A stretch of DNA of 64,000 nucleotides from a bacterium (GTDB taxonomy: Bacteria > Zhuqueibacterota > Zhuqueibacteria > Oceanimicrobiales > Oceanimicrobiaceae), in NCBI GenBank assembly GCA_037446635.1, contig JBBIIG010000011.1:311-64310 (forward strand), written 5' to 3'. Positions within the stretch are counted from its first letter, which is position 1; each line of letters opens with the position of its first letter. The position numbers and the translations under genes were made by a program. This document shows positions 1 through 9,091 of the stretch, in pieces. The notes below the pieces were generated by a model. The model did no database searches and had not been told where the DNA came from. It saw nothing but the letters and a program-made list of their open reading frames with translations.

Positions 1-1656
1 GAAGATGCGGAGGAGCGTTTTGCTGCGATCGACGTTCAGGTCTCAGAAATCGAAGAAGAGGATGTGTTTGGAATACTTCGTGAGCTGCGGCGCAAAGCCA
101 AAGAGCACGACCGCCAGTTGCTGCTGTTGTGCGACGAAGCGGAAGAGCTCATCAACATCGAAAAAAATTCTCCGCAAGCTCTGCCCAAGCTGCGGCGCGC
201 GCTGCAGAAGGGTGAAACCATCCGCACCGTGCTCGCCGCCACCAAACGGCTGCAAATTCTCGAACACAGCTCCGCGCCCGAGACTTCGCCCTTTCTCTTC
301 GGTTTCGTTCCCCCCATTTATTTGGGCCGGTTGGAAGATCCGGAAGCGCGGCGGCTGATCGGTCTCGGCAATTTCGACGCGCCGGTCGTCGAAGAAATTA
401 TGGCAAAGACCAACAATCATCCCTACCTGCTGCAGTTGATCTGCCGGCGTTTGTACGAAACGCGCGATCTGCAAAAAGTCATTGAAGAGCTGAGCGCCGA
501 CGATCTCATCGCGCGTTTCTTTGCGGTGGATTTTCAAAACCTCGACGACAAAGACCAGCAAGTTCTGCTGCATATTCTGCAGAATAAAGCGCTGACTCTG
601 AAAAACCTGCAGGATCATTTAAGTGAGCCGCCGGGGAAACTGATCCCCCGCCTTCTCCAGCTCATGCATTTAGGGGCCATTAAGGAGGAAGATCGCCAAT
701 ATAAAATCGCCAATTATTTTTTTGAAAACTGGCTGCAGCGGGAGAAGGAAAATTTATTTTCGGACTCCGCGTTGAAACGCGCCATGCCGACGCAGCTCAT
801 CACGCCGCCGGAATTCGACGCCAACGAATTGCCTAAAATCGGGCAAACGCTTGGTGAACATGAAATTTTGGAAAAGCTGGGATCGGGCGGCATGGGCGCC
901 GTGTTTAAAGGCAAAGACCGCAAGCTCAACCGCACCGTAGCGCTGAAGGTTTTGCTGCCGGCTTACATGAACGATGCGGAATTTAGGGAGCGCTTCATTC
1001 TCGAAGCGCAGGCGGCGTCGGCGCTCAACCATCCGAACGTCTGCACCATCTATCAAATCGGCGAACACAACGGCGTTTATTTCATTTCAATGGAATTTGT
1101 CGAAGGGCAAAATTTAAGAGCCTGGCGCAAGGCCAACCCCTTCGATTTCAACAAATGCTTGGAGCTCGCGATTCAGACGGGCAAGGGGTTGGCGCACGCC
1201 CACAGCAAAGGCATCGTTCACCGCGATATCAAGCCGGACAATGTGATGGTTACCACGGAGGGTGTCGCCAAAATCATGGATTTTGGCCTGGCGAAATCGC
1301 TGCAGCGCACGCGCGTCAACATCACCAAAACTGGCGCCGCCTTGGGTACCCTGTGCTATATGTCGCCGGAGCAAGCCAGCGGAGTGCCGGCGGATCACCG
1401 CTCCGATATTTTCTCGTTCGGGGTGCTGCTGTACGAATTGTTTTCGGGAAAACTGCCGTTCTTTGGAGAGGTGGAAATAACGGTCTTGTATTCGATTTTG
1501 AACGAGGAACCCGCGCCGCTGCGGGAAGCCAACCCGGATTTACCAGAGACATTGGAAAGAATCGTGCACCACGCCCTGCAAAAGGACCGGGACAAACGCT
1601 ATCAAAATATGAACGATCTGGTTGTGGATTTGGAAGTGGTGAGATGTGAAACGTGA
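1..1656 (+). CDS. 5'-truncated P-loop NTPase (STAND/AAA-like) region fused to a C-terminal Hanks-type Ser/Thr kinase
   Basis: Frame open from base 1. Walker B-like LLLLCDEAE and NHPYLLQ. Kinase motifs LGSGGMG, VALK, HRDIKPDN, DFG, YMSPE. Confidence 0.85.
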   Translation, partial: EDAEERFAAIDVQVSEIEEEDVFGILRELRRKAKEHDRQLLLLCDEAEELINIEKNSPQALPKLRRALQKGETIRTVLAATKRLQILEHSSAPETSPFLFGFVPPIYLGRLEDPEARRLIGLGNFDAPVVEEIMAKTNNHPYLLQLICRRLYETRDLQKVIEELSADDLIARFFAVDFQNLDDKDQQVLLHILQNKALTLKNLQDHLSEPPGKLIPRLLQLMHLGAIKEEDRQYKIANYFFENWLQREKENLFSDSALKRAMPTQLITPPEFDANELPKIGQTLGEHEILEKLGSGGMGAVFKGKDRKLNRTVALKVLLPAYMNDAEFRERFILEAQAASALNHPNVCTIYQIGEHNGVYFISMEFVEGQNLRAWRKANPFDFNKCLELAIQTGKGLAHAHSKGIVHRDIKPDNVMVTTEGVAKIMDFGLAKSLQRTRVNITKTGAALGTLCYMSPEQASGVPADHRSDIFSFGVLLYELFSGKLPFFGEVEITVLYSILNEEPAPLREANPDLPETLERIVHHALQKDRDKRYQNMNDLVVDLEVVRCET

Positions 1657-1677
1657 AAGTTGTGTAGATCCCCCCCC

Positions 1678-1725
1678 AAAAAAAACTGGGACTTTCTCAT
1701 AAATCCTTTTATAAAAAAGTCCCAG
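1678..1725 (-). terminator. Intrinsic terminator (minus strand)
   Basis: CTGGGACTTTTTTATAAA-AGGA-TTTATGAGAAAGTCCCAG followed by T8; the G-U pairs form only on the minus strand. Confidence 0.7.
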
Positions 1726-1805
1726 CATCAGAAGAGTCACAGCATCCCTTTTCCCGAAAAAGACCGTTGATTTGCAGATCGGCGCCTCCATGCTCCGAAA
1801 TCTGC
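1678..1805 (-). ncRNA. Candidate sigma54-dependent GGA-rich sRNA (CsrB/RsmY-like)
   Basis: Follows a -24/-12 motif. Three hairpins with GGA in or at the loops, 6 GGA in about 125 nt, ending in an 18-bp stem plus U8. Confidence 0.5.
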
Positions 1806-1815
1806 TGCTCTTTTT

Positions 1816-1831
1816 CGCAAGTTGTATGCCA
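1816..1831 (-). promoter_or_regulatory. sigma54 (-24/-12) promoter
   Basis: TGGCATACAACTTGCG matches TGGCAY-N5-TTGC. Confidence 0.65.
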
Positions 1832-1914
1832 CAAGAAAGCCAACAAGTTTAACTTAATTAGTTTTAAATAGCTTACACTTACTACTCAAAAAGCCGGACG
1901 AGGATTAAACTTGT

Positions 1915-1936
1915 TTGAACAATGTACAATGTTCAA
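1915..1936. promoter_or_regulatory. Palindromic candidate activator site
   Basis: TTGAACA-N8-TGTTCAA, 85-105 bp upstream of the sigma54 motif, separated by an AT-rich tract. Confidence 0.4.
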
Positions 1937-2044
1937 CGATGAGACAGGGGCCTGCAGAAACTTTTTAAAAATATCAAAAACTCGTGAGAGTTTTTCGAGG
2001 TATAGATTGTCATTATTTTTCAGTAACGGGTGTAATTTTAATTA

Positions 2045-2160
2045 AGCAGTGTGTGAAGGTGGAGAATCCGGAATAAGATGGCTTGTGTGAGGCCCGGCCG
2101 GATGATGGGATGGGAAGCCGCTCAGTAGCTGGGAGACCTATTGGGCGGCTTATTTATTTT
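2045..2160 (+). ncRNA. Second candidate GGA-rich sRNA, divergent from the first
   Basis: GGA at 2061, 2070, 2100, 2108, 2113, 2132. Ends in a 14-bp stem (2115-2151, G-U pairs only on +) followed by ATTTATTTT. Confidence 0.4.
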
Positions 2161-2163
2161 GAG

Positions 2164-2541
2164 CTAAAATTGCTCGATAGTTTTGATTAATGAGTTGGTC
2201 AGCCCACGGTAAGATTTTTTGGGCGGCACCACAATCGCCAGCACCACTTCCTGATTAAAAGCTTGAAAGAAACGAAAGACGACTTTCCTGCGGTTGTTTC
2301 CTTCTACAATTAATTCCTTGATGTTGGAAATCTGCCCCATCAAATCCGCCATTTTTTTGAGCTCACGAAAGAGGAGAGAAAGCTCAACCAGTCGATCTTT
2401 GGGCAGCACGCCATTTCTATAGCACTCGGCAATGGGTAGGCCCTCGCTGGAAAACAGATGCACCATATCATAATTTCCGCTCTCTAAAATCTCGCGCATG
2501 GCATCTTGAATGAGAAATTGCGGCGGCTTTTGTTGATCCAT
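2164..2541 (-). CDS. Roadblock/LC7 domain protein
   Basis: LFSSEGLPIA motif; size; follows mglA in the operon. Confidence 0.7.
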   Translation of the reverse strand: MDQQKPPQFLIQDAMREILESGNYDMVHLFSSEGLPIAECYRNGVLPKDRLVELSLLFRELKKMADLMGQISNIKELIVEGNNRRKVVFRFFQAFNQEVVLAIVVPPKKSYRGLTNSLIKTIEQF

Positions 2542-2553
2542 TTCGAGCTCACC

Positions 2554-3144
2554 TCACTGTTCCACTAATGCGTCAATTTTATAAACCACTTCCGAGATGA
2601 TCATTTTCAGGGTAGAGACCACCTCCACGCCGCGCGAGGCGATGGCCTCGGTATGCGGCACGCCAAAAAAATTCAGCTTGGCCTGCATGGTTTCGATGGT
2701 TTCAATGTCCCGCAGATCGCGTTTGTTGTATTGGATGACCCAGGGAATATTTTGCAGCGACATGCCCATCTCGATCAAATTTTTTTCCAAATCTAAAAGC
2801 GAGTCGAGGTTTTCGCCCATGCGATTTTGCTGCGAGTCGGCTACGAACACCACCCCGTCGGCGCCGCGCAAAATGATCTTCCGGCTAAAGTTGTAATAGA
2901 CTTGTCCGGGAACCGTATAAAGATTGAACCGCGGCTTCAACCCTTTGATGCGCCCCAACTCGAGCTGCATGAAGTCGAAATAGAGCGTGCGTTCTTCACG
3001 CGTTTTGAGGGAAACCAGCTCGCTGCGCATGGTGGGGTCGAGGCGGGTGAAGATGTACTCCAGGTTGGTGGTTTTACCACTCAACCCTGGCCCGTAATAA
3101 ACAATCTTCAGGTTGATTTCCTGTAATGCTTTGTTGATGAACAT
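2554..3144 (-). CDS. mglA: MglA small Ras-like GTPase
   Basis: KIVYYGPGLSGKTTN, RTLYFDF, TVPGQ, NKRD. Confidence 0.93.
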   Translation of the reverse strand: MFINKALQEINLKIVYYGPGLSGKTTNLEYIFTRLDPTMRSELVSLKTREERTLYFDFMQLELGRIKGLKPRFNLYTVPGQVYYNFSRKIILRGADGVVFVADSQQNRMGENLDSLLDLEKNLIEMGMSLQNIPWVIQYNKRDLRDIETIETMQAKLNFFGVPHTEAIASRGVEVVSTLKMIISEVVYKIDALVEQ

Positions 3145-3164
3145 GGCGGTTTTGAAAATCAACG

Positions 3165-3665
3165 CTAAAGTTTCAACGAGCGGCTCAGCTCTTCGCTCAA
3201 CAACGTTTTGAACTCGAGATCAAACAGCTCTTTGGTTTTCTTTTCCTCCTCCTTAACCGCTCCGAGGAGCTTCGTCAACTCGTCGATGGCTTTTTTAGTG
3301 TAGATGCGAATGATGCCCAGCGCCACCTCGGCGTCGAAAATCACCAGCAGCACAAAGTTGAAACCCACGTTGGAGAGATACATGTTGGTATGTTCGCCCT
3401 CGTGGAAAAGAAACTTGAACGCATCTTTCTCCCCCAACATCGCGGCGATTTTGGCGGTGGCGGAAAAATTGTTGGCGGCGAGCGAGGAGATGATCGGAAG
3501 ATCTAAATTATCGACGCTGCCTTTGTGAAGAATCGGGTAACCGTTCGACTCGCAGAAAACAATCAGCTCCGCCCGTGTATGAGCAGCGAGATCGTCCAGA
3601 ACTTTGCTGATGCCGTCATAAACGTCTTCGGAAAGAATCAGTTGGCTGCCGTTGTTCATATCCAT
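3165..3665 (-). CDS. mglB: MglB roadblock protein (GAP of MglA)
   Basis: SSLAANNFSATAKIAAMLGEKDAFKFLFHEGE; directly upstream of mglA. Confidence 0.88.
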   Translation of the reverse strand: MDMNNGSQLILSEDVYDGISKVLDDLAAHTRAELIVFCESNGYPILHKGSVDNLDLPIISSLAANNFSATAKIAAMLGEKDAFKFLFHEGEHTNMYLSNVGFNFVLLVIFDAEVALGIIRIYTKKAIDELTKLLGAVKEEEKKTKELFDLEFKTLLSEELSRSLKL

Positions 3666-3705
3666 GGAATTACCTCCCGGACAACTTGATAAATGATTTC
3701 AAAAT

Positions 3706-4434
3706 CTATTGGCCTAATTCCAGCCGTTCAGCTAAAAACGGCGGCAAGCCCGACTGGAAAATTTTGCTTTGGGTTTCTGCGATGTCGTAATCCACCCGAA
3801 ACATCTCATAAATTTGCGACTCGGTTTCGTAAATGGCAAACGCCGCTTTGGGAATGAAATCGCGCGGCTGGCCAACGCTGCCCACGTTTATAATGTACCG
3901 CTTCTCCGGCTCGATGTGAACGGGATTGTCACGAATGACGCGATAATCGCCCTGGCCGTTCACCACCACGATCATCGGAACGTGCGAGTGGCCGATGAAA
4001 CAAACCTGCCCGCTAAACTCCGCAAAATTTTTGACCGCGTCGCCAATGGTGATAATGTAGTTCCAAGCCGCCGGATTGTTTGGAGTCGCATGAACTATAG
4101 TAAAACCGTCTAACTCTTTTTTTAAAGGTAAGCTCAACAAAAAGTCAATGGATTCCTGGTTTAATTGCGCCGCCGTCCACTCGATGGCAGAACGCGCCCA
4201 CGGATTGAAGTAAGATAAATCCAGCTTCCCCAGCGGCGCATAATCATGGTTGCCGGCGAGGGTCACATCGGCGCGCTTCTTAATCACTTCCACGCATTCG
4301 TTGGGGTTGGGGCCATAACCAACAATGTCACCCAAACACAAAAGCGAATCCACTTTCATCTTATCAATTTCCGCCAATACGCTCTCCAGCGCCTCCAAAT
4401 TGCCATGAATATCAGAAATGATCGCGTATTTCAT
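3706..4434 (-). CDS. Calcineurin-like metallophosphoesterase
   Basis: DIHGN, GDIVGYG, GNHD, GHSH, NVGSVGQPRD. Confidence 0.92.
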   Translation of the reverse strand: MKYAIISDIHGNLEALESVLAEIDKMKVDSLLCLGDIVGYGPNPNECVEVIKKRADVTLAGNHDYAPLGKLDLSYFNPWARSAIEWTAAQLNQESIDFLLSLPLKKELDGFTIVHATPNNPAAWNYIITIGDAVKNFAEFSGQVCFIGHSHVPMIVVVNGQGDYRVIRDNPVHIEPEKRYIINVGSVGQPRDFIPKAAFAIYETESQIYEMFRVDYDIAETQSKIFQSGLPPFLAERLELGQ

Positions 4435-4589
4435 GACCCTCGTAGATTTTGATAAGAATTAAGCGGAATATACAATTTATCGCGTTCGTAAGCAAGCACA
4501 TTCTCTGATTTTAAATGATATTAAAAAATAAAGCCAGAACCTGCAAATTGCATAATTCTGGCGCGGTTAAATTTTTAAGAAGAAATGTT

Positions 4590-5545
4590 TTACTGGATTG
4601 AGTGGACCGAGCCGCTCGCTTTGCTGGTTTTTGCCGACGATATCGGCGAGGGCGCCAACACCACAAAATTGGCGGCTTGCGTCGCCAGCGCGCCGCTGTT
4701 GATGTCTTCAACCGTGATCACCAGCTTGTAGCTGCCTAACCCTAAGTCGGCGATGGGAAGGCCGAAACTCAAGACGCACTCCGCCGCCGGCTTGGGATAG
4801 GTTTGCCTGAGGGTTTTGACGGCCTGCCCGTTTTGATCGAAAACCGTGGTTGCGACATTGAACGCGCTAAACGGCTTGGCGCCGATGAAATCCAAGTTAT
4901 AAATTTCTGAATAAAAATATAAGGTCGTGTATTCGAATCCAAAGAGATGCGGCACGTTGGGGATAATTTTGAGATTGTTTTTAACCAGCACGCTCTCGCC
5001 GGCGCTTTGCTCAATCGAAGACGACAATTGCAGCGAGCTTAACTTTAGAGTTCCATCAAAAAAGTCTGGCAGAGTGATTTTTTTGTTGAAGTGAAAATCC
5101 GCCAGCGTTTCGCGATCAACAACTCGAACCTTGGCCAGGTAATCGCCCGGATTAGCAAAAAGGTGAAGCGAATCAACTGCGGCTCCCACGGCAGGAAAAT
5201 CTCACTGTACGCGCCCACCTTCACCGAGTCCACGTGACGCAAGTTGGCGACCACCGCGTTTTGTGCGTCCAAAATCGTAATCGCGATTTCATAATTGGCA
5301 ACGAAGCCGTCCATCACTTTGATGAATTGAAATTTCTGGGCGGCGGGAATCTGGCAAAACACCTCGAGGAACGTTTGCGGAGGGGTATCGCCCTTAAACG
5401 TCAAAAACTCGAACGAGTAACTTTGTCCTAATTCTTCTACATCGTCATTGGCGGCGGCGAACATCGGGGCGCCAACCGCAAAAACTGCCAGCAAAATCAC
5501 CTGCAATCCTTGCAGAACCCGATTTGCTTTTGAGAATGACTTCAT
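4590..5545 (-). pseudogene. Secreted beta-rich protein (resembles the non-GWxTD part of GWxTD-domain proteins), split by a 1-nt frameshift near 5152
   Basis: Signal-peptide ORF 5045-5545 (..QLIRFTFLL) continues in another frame as NPGDYLAKVRVVD..; one added base joins them. May be a sequencing error. Confidence 0.6.
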
Positions 5546-5604
5546 GGTCCTACTCCTTTAGGTAGTAAAAATCTCGTGATTTTGGTTACGGCGAATCATT
5601 AAAC

Positions 5605-5620
5605 AGCAATTCGCATTCCA
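5605..5620 (-). promoter_or_regulatory. Candidate sigma54 promoter
   Basis: TGGAATGCGAATTGCT (GG-N10-GC) 60 bp upstream of the 5545 start. Confidence 0.45.
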
Positions 5621-5828
5621 GTTTTTTGGAATAGGGAGCGGGCGCGAGTCTGTTCCATTTAAGTTCATTTTATAGCGATATTTGTCTCAATTTGTGTCAT
5701 AAAATTTTCGGGAGTCCAGGGGCAAAACGCATCGGCACAATTTTCCACGAGCTACAAAATTGTAGGATATTTTTGCCTATTTAGGATGGTTGATTTCATC
5801 GCTCCTGTGTTATACATTGCAGTTTAAA

Positions 5829-7262
5829 ATGAGAAAAATCCGGCATCAAAATTTAGCCCTGCTGCTCGTCTCGGCGGCGGCCTCCGAATTCCTTTACCTG
5901 CTCATGGCGCAGGTGGAAAACTTGCGGGCGCACATCCCGGTGTTCATTTTTTATTATCTCCTTCTGTTCGGATTGTACTGGTTGGCGGCGCAGCGCGTCT
6001 TTACTGCGGCAAACCAGTCCGAAAGCCACCGCGCGTCCACCAAAAAGGTACTGATCATTGGAATTGGCTTTGCCGTTTTGTTCCGAATCACGATGCTGCT
6101 CAGTCCGCCCGCGCTTTCCGACGACATTTACCGCTACGTTTGGGATGGCCGGGTCGCCAACAGCGGAATCAATCCGTACCTTCACCCGCCCGCCGCCGAC
6201 GAGCTGGCGCCGCTGCGCGACGATCACATCTATCCCAAAATCAATCACAAGGACATTCCCACTATCTACCCGCCGCTCAGCCAGGTGATTTTTCAGATCG
6301 TTTATAAAATTCACCCCTCGCTTACCGCCTTCAAAATTGCACTGCTCGGTTTTGACCTGCTCACGATGGCGGTTGTGTTTTTGATTCTCAGGCATTTGGC
6401 CATCGATCTGAGACGAGGTTTGCTTTATGCCTGGAACCCACTGGCAATCGTTGAGATTTCCGGCAGCGGCCACGCCGATATCATCGGCGTCTTTTTTTTG
6501 ATGCTGTCGTTGTGGCTTCTATTTAAAAAGAGGCCGCTTTTCGCGAATATCTCACTGGCCTTGTCGTTTCTGTCGAAAATATTCTCTGCGATGCTCTGGC
6601 CCATTTATTTTTTCACCCAGAAGAAAAACAAAATCGCTCTCGCGCTGATGTTCCTAATTTTTGCCGCGGCGTTTTACTGGCCCTATGCCGGCGCCGGCCG
6701 CGGCTTATTCACCGGACTTCTAATTTATGGCGAAAAATGGCAATTCAACGCCTCGATATTTTGGATCATTTTATCGGCGGTGAAAGCGCTGCTGCCGGAA
6801 AGCTGGATCGTGCGCTGGATGATCGCACCCTACGGCTACACCGCCGACGCCGTCACCCTCGACAGCCGCGGCACGGATCTGGCGCTGATGATCGCCAAAG
6901 GCCTCGTGGCGCTGGTTTTCGCGGCGATGTTTTGTTACTATTTATTGAGGTTGAAGAAAGATGTTGAGCGCGCCGGCCCGGTGTGGCTTGCCAAACTCAG
7001 TTTAATTTTGCTGGGAAGTTTTTTTCTTTTGAGCCCGACGGTGCAGCCGTGGTACCTGTGCTGGCTGCTGCCGTTTTTGGCCCTCGCGCCGAGCCGCCCC
7101 TGGCTGCTGCTCACGGGGCTGGTTGCGCTTTCGTACTGGCAGTTGATTGAGTATGATCGCTCGGGGTTGTGGCAGGAGCTGCTGTGGGTCAAGCTGGTGG
7201 AATATCTGCCGTTCTATTTGCTGCTGGTGTGGGATTTTTGGAAGGGCAAACAGCGCGGATAA
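5829..7262 (+). CDS. Multi-pass membrane GT-C glycosyltransferase (GT87/DUF2029-like)
   Basis: LSDDIYRYVWDG, TIYPP, YAWNPL, PTVQPWY; many TM segments. Confidence 0.8.
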   Translation: MRKIRHQNLALLLVSAAASEFLYLLMAQVENLRAHIPVFIFYYLLLFGLYWLAAQRVFTAANQSESHRASTKKVLIIGIGFAVLFRITMLLSPPALSDDIYRYVWDGRVANSGINPYLHPPAADELAPLRDDHIYPKINHKDIPTIYPPLSQVIFQIVYKIHPSLTAFKIALLGFDLLTMAVVFLILRHLAIDLRRGLLYAWNPLAIVEISGSGHADIIGVFFLMLSLWLLFKKRPLFANISLALSFLSKIFSAMLWPIYFFTQKKNKIALALMFLIFAAAFYWPYAGAGRGLFTGLLIYGEKWQFNASIFWIILSAVKALLPESWIVRWMIAPYGYTADAVTLDSRGTDLALMIAKGLVALVFAAMFCYYLLRLKKDVERAGPVWLAKLSLILLGSFFLLSPTVQPWYLCWLLPFLALAPSRPWLLLTGLVALSYWQLIEYDRSGLWQELLWVKLVEYLPFYLLLVWDFWKGKQRG

Positions 7263-7900
7263 TGAGATGCGCGCTAAAAACTCTCATGTAATCTTCTGTG
7301 CGGATTCGTTCTTTTCAGCACGCCGTTCCATGTTGGAATGATCGCATCGGGGTTCGTTCGTTGAAGATAAAATTGGTATTCCTTGATTCCAAAATGTCTC
7401 ATTTTGGAATGCCTTTAAAAAAAAGTTGCCTATGAAGGACTTTTTGCTAACTTAGGAGCAGACTGACATTTTGTAGAGTTCACCGAATTGTTTTTGTCGA
7501 ACAACGAATTCAGGAGATGGTATCAACCTCTTATTTCTGTATTGATGAATTTAAGCAATACAAATGAAAGACAACAGTTGTTGGTTTACGGAACAATACG
7601 CTGGATGAAAAACATTTTATTACAAGTGCGAAGCCGAACTGGCCAAATAAACTTTCAAAAAAAAGCAAGCGGGAATGCGGTATAGGGAAGGTATATTTAC
7701 CTTTCGTGCTGAACCCTGAGAAGTATATAACTGGGTAAGAAGAAAACGCCCGCGGAATCTACTCCCGTGGAGCAGTCATTCGTTGGGTGTTTTTGAGCTC
7801 AAAATTTTTCAATGCAATAATAACTTATATAATTTTTAATAATCAAGCCCTTTTTTGGGGAAAGCCCGACTGATATTTATCAGAGTCAAAGGAATTGTAA

Positions 7901-9025
7901 ATGGAAACACTCTCCTCCCTCAACCCGCCGCAGCGGCTACTGATGGGACCCGGCCCCAGCAACGTTCATCCGCGCGTCTATCAGGCGCTGTCCACGCCCA
8001 TCATCGGCCACCTTGATCCGGAATTCCTCAACATTATGAACGATATCCAGAATCTCTTGCGCTACGTTTTTCAAACTAAAAATCAATTCACCATCGCCAT
8101 CTCCGGCACCGGCAGCGCCGGCATGGAAGCGGGGTTGGTGAACGTCATCGAGCCGGGAGACACGGTGATCGTTGGCGTCAATGGCGTGTTCGGGGGGCGG
8201 ATGTCAGAAATCGTGCGGCGCGGCGGCGGCAACCTCGTGCAAATCAAATCGCCGTGGGGCGAAATCATCGATCCCCAGCGCATCGCGGACGCGCTGAAAA
8301 CTGCCGGCAAAGTGAAGGCGGTTGCGCTGGTGCACGCGGAAACCTCCACCGGCGCGCTGCAGCCCATCGAAGAAATTGGTAAACTTTGCAAACAGCACGG
8401 CGCGCTGCTCATCGTCGATGCGGTCACCTCTCTCGGCGGCGTGCCGGTAAAAGTGGACGAGTGGCAGATCGATATCTGCTACAGCGGCACGCAAAAATGT
8501 TTGAGTTGCCCGCCCGGACTCGCGCCCATCACCTTCAGCGAAGCCGCACTGCAGGTGGCCCGCCATCGTCAAACCAAAATTCAAAGCTGGTATTTGGACG
8601 TCACCCTCATCGCGGATTACTGGGCCGACAGCAAACGCGCGTATCACCACACCGCGCCCATCAGCATGAATTACGCCCTGCGCGAGGCGCTGCGGCTGGT
8701 GCAGGAAGAAGGCCTCGAGGCGCGTTGGGAGCGCCACCGCCGCAACTGGCAGGAGCTGCTTGCCGGTCTTGCAGAGCTCGAATTGCAACCGTTGGTGGTT
8801 GAACCGTACCGCCTGCCGAGTCTCACTTCCGTGAACGTGCCAACCGGAATTGACGAGGCGAAAGTTAGAAGAACGCTTCTCAACGAATACAACATCGAAA
8901 TCGGCGGCGGCCTGGGCGATCTCGCCGGCAAAATTTGGCGCATCGGTCTCATGGGCGAATCGTCGCGCAAAGCCAACGTTGTGTATTTACTGGCGGCGCT
9001 CCATGAAATTCTTGTCGTCCGGTAG
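7901..9025 (+). CDS. Alanine-glyoxylate / serine-pyruvate aminotransferase (class V PLP)
   Basis: LLMGPGPSN, HAETSTG, SGTQKCLSCPPG, WRIGLMG. Confidence 0.93.
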   Translation: METLSSLNPPQRLLMGPGPSNVHPRVYQALSTPIIGHLDPEFLNIMNDIQNLLRYVFQTKNQFTIAISGTGSAGMEAGLVNVIEPGDTVIVGVNGVFGGRMSEIVRRGGGNLVQIKSPWGEIIDPQRIADALKTAGKVKAVALVHAETSTGALQPIEEIGKLCKQHGALLIVDAVTSLGGVPVKVDEWQIDICYSGTQKCLSCPPGLAPITFSEAALQVARHRQTKIQSWYLDVTLIADYWADSKRAYHHTAPISMNYALREALRLVQEEGLEARWERHRRNWQELLAGLAELELQPLVVEPYRLPSLTSVNVPTGIDEAKVRRTLLNEYNIEIGGGLGDLAGKIWRIGLMGESSRKANVVYLLAALHEILVVR

Positions 9026-9048
9026 GGGCAATTCATGAATTGCCCTAC
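9022..9048. repeat. GTAG-family REP palindrome
   Basis: GTAGGGGCAATTCATGAATTGCCCTAC; contains the upstream gene's TAG. Confidence 0.75.
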
Positions 9049-9091
9049 CGCGAAACACAGGGAGTGGCAATTAACCGAAAGGGAGTGGATC

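Noticed and set aside
1540..1791. 83-aa minus ORF after the sigma54 motif
   Set aside because: No well-placed RBS, runs through a strong terminator and overlaps the kinase antisense; an RNA product fits better.
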